In this document: in pieces, positions 59,673 through 64,000 of the stretch
Layout of the letters: each line of letters opens with the position of its first letter
Numbering within the stretch: the first letter of the stretch is position 1
Assembly: GCA_030390025.1 (NCBI GenBank)
Contig: CM059431.1
Location: 95,668,001 to 95,732,000, forward strand
From: Squalus acanthias
Lineage: Eukaryota
DNA length: 64,000 nt
Direction of reading: 5' to 3'
The notes under the pieces: model-generated
Told to the model about the DNA's origin: nothing
What the model saw: only the letters and a program-made list of their open reading frames with translations
Databases searched by the model: none
Made by a program: the position numbers and the translations under genes

Positions 59673-61363
59673 GAATAGAGGTCCAGTTGAGGTCGGACTC
59701 ATTCATCATGCACCAGTCCTCTGTGCCTATATTCCAACCAGGTCGTCAGGTCACAGGCTGGTTACTGGACCACAAGGTCTATCCTCTTCAGACTTGGCTC
59801 ATGACTCCTGTCAGGAACTTGGGCACAAGTGCAGAGCTGCTCTACAACAAGAGCCATTCTGCCAGCAGAAATATCATCGAACAAACAATCGGCGTGCTCA
59901 AGCAACACTTCTGCTGCCTGGACCTTTCTGCCGGAGCTTTGCAGTACAGCCCCGAGCAGGTATCTAGATATGTGGTCATCTGCTGCATGCACCTTAACTT
60001 CAGCATCATGAAATACCAGCCCTTATCACCACCTAGGCAGCAACATGCAGCCGAAGCAGGATGAGGAAAAGCAGGAGCAGCATTGACCACCAGTGCCCCT
60101 AGCTGCCAGAGCTCTCAGAAAGCATTTAATCGAAGAGCACTTCAGCTAAACCATTCCTCCCAATCCCCAATACACCAACAGTCCCACAATCTTTACCACT
60201 GTCCTAATTACCACCATCCAATTGCCTTCCTTCAGTCCAACCTTATGGATCTTGCCCTCATTTCACTACAAATATAAACAGCAACAAATATAGAACAAAA
60301 AACAAATTGATCAAACAACTCAATTTCATCTGTATATAACAGTGAAGAAGAAGAATTACGAATCATCCTTTCAATCACTTAATGCCTGTCTTGTGTGCAC
60401 ACTTGCCTCTCTGAGTGCTCCTATGAAATATGGCCCCAGTGGCTGAAGCTTGGGAGGTTGAAGGCTGCTGAGCTTCCATTCAGGATACTCCAGATGGCCG
60501 CAGTGAGCGACATCAAGCAGTTTTGGACCTTGGGGGCCTGGCTGCAGTCTTCAGCAACACAGCATAGGCCAGAGCAGTCTGGCCCAGTTGGCTCTGTGGC
60601 ACTAACAAGGGCACTGGTGACCTGTATGGCAAGGGAGCAGACACGCTGTTATCCTGAGAGAGGACAGCAGATGCCTCTCCCATGGAGCCAAGGCCGCTCT
60701 CCTGGGACTGCACCTCAGCACTCCAACAGCACTGTGCGAGAACAGAGTGGCAGAACTCTCTGGAAGCCACTGTCAACAGTGGCCCTCAAAATCAAGTTGG
60801 CATTCGTCTGAGCTTCAATGGCAGCTGTGAGAGCTGTCAGGAGAGGCTCCATAACAGTGGGTGCTACTGTCATGTTGATGGAACTGACCGCTCAGCCCAT
60901 ATTGGAAAGAATGGTCTCCATGCTCTGCACAAAGTCTTAACACAAGTTGGGAACTGGGCACCTCTATGCTCTGTGACGTTGTGCGCAAGGTTGCTGATAG
61001 GCTGCCCAGTGCACCAAGCATCCTATCAGCCTTCTTCACGGGTTAGGGCCCTCAAAGTCAGCCTCTGAGTCCTCTGCAGCAGTACCTGATCTCCCCCTCC
61101 AGCTAGCTGGCCCCTACCCTAGCTTCTAAAGTCTCATGCCCGGTGATTCCCCATGTGAAGTTCTGTCCTCTAGCCTCTAAATGATGTGTAGTGCCAGTAC
61201 CTGAGCTGGTCTTACGAGGGTGAAATTGAGTGATGCTGCATCATCAGGAAGGCTGGCCTCCTCTAACTGAAGTGGCAGAGGGGCGCCACATTTTCAGCAC
61301 CTGAAATGAAAGAAGGACAAGGGTTAGCTTTCAGTGTGAAGGGAGAGCAGAAGGAAAAGAGAC

Positions 61364-63332
61364 TGCTAACAAGGGCACAGAATGTACTCTGGGTGGGGCA
61401 CTTCAATGTCCATCACCAAGAGTGGCTCGGTAGCACCGAGCTGGCCGAGACCTGAAGGACATAGCTGCCAGTCTGGGCCTGCAACAGGTGGTGAGAGAAC
61501 CAACATGAGGGAAAAACCTCGCCAATCTACCTGTCTCAGATGCATCTGTCCATGACAGTATTGGTAGCAGTGACCACCGCACAGTCATTGTAGAGACGAA
61601 GTCCCGTCTTCACACTGAGGACACCCTCCATCGTATTGTGTGGCTCTACCACCGTGCTAAATGGAATAGATTCAGAACAGATCTAACAGCTCAAAACTGG
61701 GCATCCATGAGGCACTGTGGGTCATCAGCAGCAGCAGAATTCTATTCCACCACAATCTGTAACCTCATGGCCTGGCATATCCCTCACTCTACCATTACCA
61801 TCAAGCCAGGGGACCAACCCTGGTTCAATAAGGTGTGTAGAAGAGCATGCCAGGTGCAGCACCAGGCATACCTAAAAATGAGGTGCCAACCTGGGGAAGC
61901 TGCAACACTGGCAATGTGGAAAACTGCCGAGGTATGTCCTGTCCACAAAAAGCAGGACAAATCCAATCCGGCCAATTACCGCCCCATCAGTCTGCTCTCA
62001 ATCATCAGCAATGTGATGGAAGGTGTTGTCGAAAGTGCTATCAAGCGGCACTTACTCACCAATAACCTGCTCACTGATGCTCAGTTTGGGTTCCGCCAAG
62101 ACCACTTGGCTCCCGACCACATTACAGCCTTGGTACAAACATGGACAAAGGAGCTGAATTCCAGAGGTGAGGTGAGAGTGACTGCTCTTGACATCAAGGC
62201 AGCATTTGACCGAGTGTGGCATCAAGGAGCCCTAATAAAACTGAAGTCAATGGGAATCCAGGGGAAAACGTTCCACTGGTTGGAGTCATAACTAGCTCAA
62301 AGGAAGATGGTTGTGGTTATTGGAGGTCAATCAGCTTAGCCCCAAGACATCGCTGCAGGAGTTCCTCAGGGCAGTGTCCTAGGCCCAACCATCTTCAGCT
62401 GCTTCATCAATGACCTTCCTTCCAACATAAGGTCAGAAATGGGGATGTTCGCTGATGACTGCATAGTGTTCAGCGCCATTCACAACTCCTCATATAATGA
62501 AGCAGTCCATGCCCGCATGCAACAAGACCTGGACGACATTCAGGCTTCGGCTGATAAGTGGCAGGTAACATTAGCGCCACAGAAGTGCCAGGCAATGACT
62601 ATCTCCAACAAGCGAAAGTCTAACCACCGCCCCTTGACATTCATCGCCGAATCCCCCACCATCAAAATCCTGGGGGTAACCACTGACCAGAAACTTAACT
62701 GAACCAGCCACATAAATACTGTGGCAATAAGAGCAGGTCAGAGGCTAGGTATTCTGCGGCGAGTGTCTCACCTCTTGACTCCCCAGAGCCTTTCCACCAT
62801 CTACAAGGCACAAGTCAGGATTGTGATGGAATACTCTCCACTTGCCTGGATGAGTGCAGCTGCAACAACACTCAAGAAGCTCGACACCATCCAGGACAAA
62901 GCAGCCCACTTGATTGGCACCCCATCCACCACCTTAAACATTCACTCTCTCCAATGTACCGTGACTGCAGTGTGTACCATCTACAAGATGCACTGCAGCA
63001 ACTCGCCAAGGCTTCTTCGGCAGCACCTCCCAAACCTGCAACCTCTTCCACCTAGAAGGACAAGGGCAGCAGGCACATGGGAACACCAGCACCTCCAAGT
63101 TCCCTCCAAGTCACACACCATCCTGACTTAGAAATATATCGCTGATCCTTCATTGTCGCTGGGTCAAAATCTTGCAACTCCCTCCCTGACAGCACTGTGG
63201 GAGTACCTTCACCACTCAGACTGCAGCGGTTAAAGAAGGCGGCTCACCACCACCTTCTCAAGGGCAATTAGGGATGGGCAATAAATGCTGGCCTTGCCAA
63301 CGACGTCCACATCCCATAAAAACGAATTTTAA
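61364..63332 (+). mobile_element. LINE of a distinct CR1/L2-group lineage (EN remnant, RT and 3'UTR; internally deleted)
   Basis: NYRPISLLS, VTALDIKAAFDRVWHQG, GVPQGSVLGP, MFADDC, YKAQVR; tail GCAATAAATGCTGGCCTTGCC. Confidence 0.85.
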
Positions 63333-64000
63333 AGAATTGAAGTAACCAGTGAACTACAACAGATCCTTTTAAAACGTCACTAAAATTTGGATATTTCTGA
63401 TATTTATTTTCCAAATTTTAGCATAGTTGGCTTAAAAAAATGCTCTGAGCGGCTCTTACTTCTGAAAATAAGAATATTTTCAACACAACCTGCAGAATAC
63501 TGATACCAAATTAAGGAGTAGCTAGATATTTGCACACCTCAGGCAAGCAGCTATTTATAGAGGTCAGTGGGAATGCAAACATCAGTTTTAGTGGCAGGCA
63601 CACTGAAGCAGTTTAAAGGGGAAAGTCAGATTCTAAGCAATTCCGCAGAGGAAGACAATGAAATGACAGGCAGCAGAATTGTTAAGGAATCTGATGAAAA
63701 ATGAAGCAAAGCATTGGTTTCTTTTTAAGTGTGCGGTAGGAAAAGGGACAAAAAGTCATGCATTAGTTTGATATGATTTAGGAAAAGCTATATAGCAAAT
63801 CTGCCATTATATGGTTAGGTTCTCTACTTGATAGTAGTATCACCTAAGGGTAAATATTGAGTGCGTGCTCCCAGCATGAAGTGTCACCGCCATCATGGGA
63901 GACACACACACAAATTCCCAATGTGAACTCCCTGGTGGGCATTCAGAAAATTTATCTTTGAGCTCCGCACAGGTGAGGTGAGCAAAGTGGTATAAATCAA

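Larger units (their letters stand above)
57370..61360. mobile_element. Decayed autonomous-type Harbinger (transposase on +, ~57390-60140; Myb-gene 3' part on -), interrupted by two CR1 fragments
   Basis: RRPYPQRVFRE, CLRFTKE, NVQLVCDH, WLLDHKVYPLQTWLMTP, RNIIEQTIGVLKQHFCCLD, ICCMHLN. Confidence 0.8.

Noticed and set aside
63460..63489. Possible 30-nt minus-strand micro-exon (cag/gtaaga)
   Set aside because: Weak polypyrimidine tract and too short to distinguish from chance.

Overview
Eukaryotic, repeat-saturated DNA. The repeat families (CR1 LINEs with esterase ORF1, HE1-type V-SINE, SacSINE-like SINE) point to a cartilaginous fish; this is inferred, not proven. Most of the window is transposon-derived. 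It contains many CR1 LINEs (one full-length), L2 fragments, Penelope-like elements (an RT/GIY-YIG fragment and four short copies of one hammerhead-ribozyme family), decayed Harbinger/PIF transposons and several Harbinger-type MITE families. It also has a probable solo LTR and a 37-bp minisatellite. Four short minus-strand segments with splice signals join in compatible phases, suggesting the window is mostly introns of an unidentified host gene. Highlights: (1) a conserved T TTA AAC slippery heptamer at the CR1 ORF1 stop, whose -1 frame runs into ORF2 (candidate programmed -1 frameshift); (2) hammerhead-bearing Penelope hairpin insertions, one of which breaks at the predicted cleavage site; (3) a six-level nested insertion stack at 39-56 kb, resolved by target-site duplications; (4) back-to-back splice-donor palindromes in MITEs. 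No prokaryotic-type system such as CRISPR is present. All coordinates were read by eye, and the boundaries of old elements are approximate.
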